DNA of 64,000 nucleotides from Vulcanimicrobiota bacterium (GTDB lineage Bacteria; Vulcanimicrobiota; Xenobia; Xenobiales; JADMJV01): NCBI GenBank assembly GCA_050250895.1, contig JBFWNU010000007.1, positions 96,001 to 160,000 of the forward strand, read 5' to 3'. Shown piece by piece: positions 62,503 to 64,000 of this stretch (position 1 is its first letter; each line of letters starts with the position of its first letter). The notes under the pieces were generated by a model. It saw only the letters and a program-made list of their open reading frames with translations, ran no database searches and was not told where the DNA came from. The position numbers and the translations under genes were made by a program.

Positions 62503-63489
62503 GTGACCGTTTTTGACACTGTCGAGATCGCCGTGCTGGTGGCCGATGGCTTTACCGATTCCGGCCTGGCTATTGCGCTTGACGTGTTCCGTGCCGCCAG
62601 TGCGATGCTCAAGCGCGCCGCCCGGCCAGGTCATTTTAGGGTCCGAGTGCTATCGCCTGGCGGCGGTCGGGTTCGAGCCGCCTCCGGTTTGTGGACCGAG
62701 TCGACCGAGTCCTTTCGTTCGGGTGCTACCCCTCACGCTACTCTGGTGCCAGGTTTGTGGGCCGAGAATTTTGACGACCTCGACGCCCTTCGCCGTCGAC
62801 CCGAAGTGCAAGCGATGGTCGACCATCTCCGCGTCTGTCCCAGCGTGATCGGGGCGTCGTGTGGAGGGACGATTCTGCTGGCCGAGGCAGGACTGCTCGA
62901 TGGGCTCGAGGCCACCACCGCCTGGTGGGCCGCCCCTTATCTGCGCCGAAACTTCCCCCGGGTAATCGTCAACCCCGAGGCCGCCCTCATCGATCAGGGT
63001 CGCATCCTGACGGCGGGGGCAGTCTTTGCCATGGCGGATCTGGCCCTGCACCTGGTGGACCGTTGGGCCGGGCCCGGGTTGGCTCGTCGCACCGCCAACG
63101 TGCTGCTGCTGGACACCCACGCCTCGCAGGCCCGCTACATGGCGCTAAGCCAACTACAGTTTGACGACCCGCTGGTGCGGGGCGCGGATCGCTGGGTGCG
63201 CGCCCATCTAAGCGAGAACTTTCCCATCGCTACTCTGGCCGGTGAATTGGGCACCACTCCTAGAACCCTGGCGCGCCATCTGCAGGCGGCCCTGGGTCTG
63301 GCGCCGGTGGCTTTTGTGCAGAAGCTAAGGGTCGAACACGCAGTCCAGTTGCTCGAGACAACGACGCTCTCGGTGGAAGAGATCGGGGCTCGGGTGGGCT
63401 ATTCGAATGCGGCCACTTTGAGCCGCCTGTTGCGTCGAGAGACGAATCTATCGCCGCTGGCCCTGCGGCGCCAAGGGAGGCTCCCCTGA
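62503..63489 (+). CDS. GlxA-family regulator (DJ-1-like + AraC HTH)
   Basis: LAEAGLLDG...ATTAWW, LRVEHAVQLLE, IGARVGY; divergent from the DJ-1 gene. Confidence 0.9.
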   Translation: MTVFDTVEIAVLVADGFTDSGLAIALDVFRAASAMLKRAARPGHFRVRVLSPGGGRVRAASGLWTESTESFRSGATPHATLVPGLWAENFDDLDALRRRPEVQAMVDHLRVCPSVIGASCGGTILLAEAGLLDGLEATTAWWAAPYLRRNFPRVIVNPEAALIDQGRILTAGAVFAMADLALHLVDRWAGPGLARRTANVLLLDTHASQARYMALSQLQFDDPLVRGADRWVRAHLSENFPIATLAGELGTTPRTLARHLQAALGLAPVAFVQKLRVEHAVQLLETTTLSVEEIGARVGYSNAATLSRLLRRETNLSPLALRRQGRLP

Positions 63490-63518
63490 AGACACTTTTC
63501 CAATCGCGGGGAACGTTC

Positions 63519-64000
63519 GTGTTTCTCGATTCCGAGATCGAGTCGGTCGGTCAATTAGCCACCCTCTTGCCCGAGGCGATCGCCGCCCGCTACGAGTTGC
63601 AAGACGCCGAGGCAGAACTGGCTCAGGCTCTGGCTTTCGAGACCGAGGCGGGCCCTCAAGTGCTCGACCACTCCACGGCCGTCTATCACGCCCGCTGCGA
63701 CTTGCCGGTCTGCGTCCAGGTCTTCGTGCGCTTTCGCGAACCGCTTCCGCTGCGCGACCGTCAGGGTAACAAAGTCCAGTTTGCCTGGGTATTGCTTTCG
63801 GATCAAACCAGCCACCCCCACCTCGACCTGGTCGCCGAGTTCGTTCATCTCATGGGCGACCCCGATTTTCTGGCCGCCGCCCAGCGGGTCGCCCAGAGTG
63901 AAGACATCTGGCAGGCTTACGATCAGGCCCTGCATCGCGAACTCAGTCTGGCGCGGCTGCCAGCGGGGCTCGAGCCGACGGGGCGTATCTTCGGTGGCCT
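63519..64000 (+). CDS. PTS-EIIA-like domain leading into an SLC4/Band 3-like anion transporter, 3' truncated
   Basis: Manual translation: ...VFVRFREPL...VQFAWVLL...HLDLVAEFVHLMGDPDF...GLEPTGRIFGGL; open to the window edge. Confidence 0.6.
   Translation, partial: MFLDSEIESVGQLATLLPEAIAARYELQDAEAELAQALAFETEAGPQVLDHSTAVYHARCDLPVCVQVFVRFREPLPLRDRQGNKVQFAWVLLSDQTSHPHLDLVAEFVHLMGDPDFLAAAQRVAQSEDIWQAYDQALHRELSLARLPAGLEPTGRIFGG

Noticed and set aside
63555-63935. 126-aa minus-strand ORF
   Set aside because: Antisense to the plus-strand frame that carries recognisable motifs

Overview
A high-GC bacterial chromosomal window, densely coding, with no prophage, IS element, rRNA or CRISPR array visible. 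Core genes: mtaB (partial), accD-accA-pyk, katG/oxyR, tRNA-Leu(TAA), S1-domain and DivIC genes, xseA-xseB-ispA followed by a degenerate dxs, ispH, leuB-hbd-crt-thiolase-moeA. Accessory content: a Dam-type methyltransferase with a putative endonuclease, a GGDEF-EAL protein, two hybrid histidine kinases, and a pel-like polysaccharide operon whose PelD lacks the c-di-GMP receptor domain but which is bracketed by multi-PilZ proteins and a STAS protein. The most unusual signals: (1) two stand-alone FlhA/SctV cytoplasmic-domain proteins, plus four unrelated proteins (zinc peptidase, uridine kinase, cytidine deaminase, repeat membrane protein) that share a disordered N-terminal leader ending in D-x-[VFL]-x-[LP]-[SGA], suggesting a type III/flagellar-like export system with nucleoside-targeting substrates; (2) the PilZ-flanked pel variant; (3) a DXS pseudo-enzyme; (4) an unannotated 24-aa ORF behind a perfect CRP-type site; (5) a truncated gene at the right edge resembling SLC4/Band 3 anion exchangers. 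Gene content suggests a diderm Terrabacteria lineage such as Ca. Eremiobacterota (inference only). All family calls come from motif recognition by eye, with no database search.
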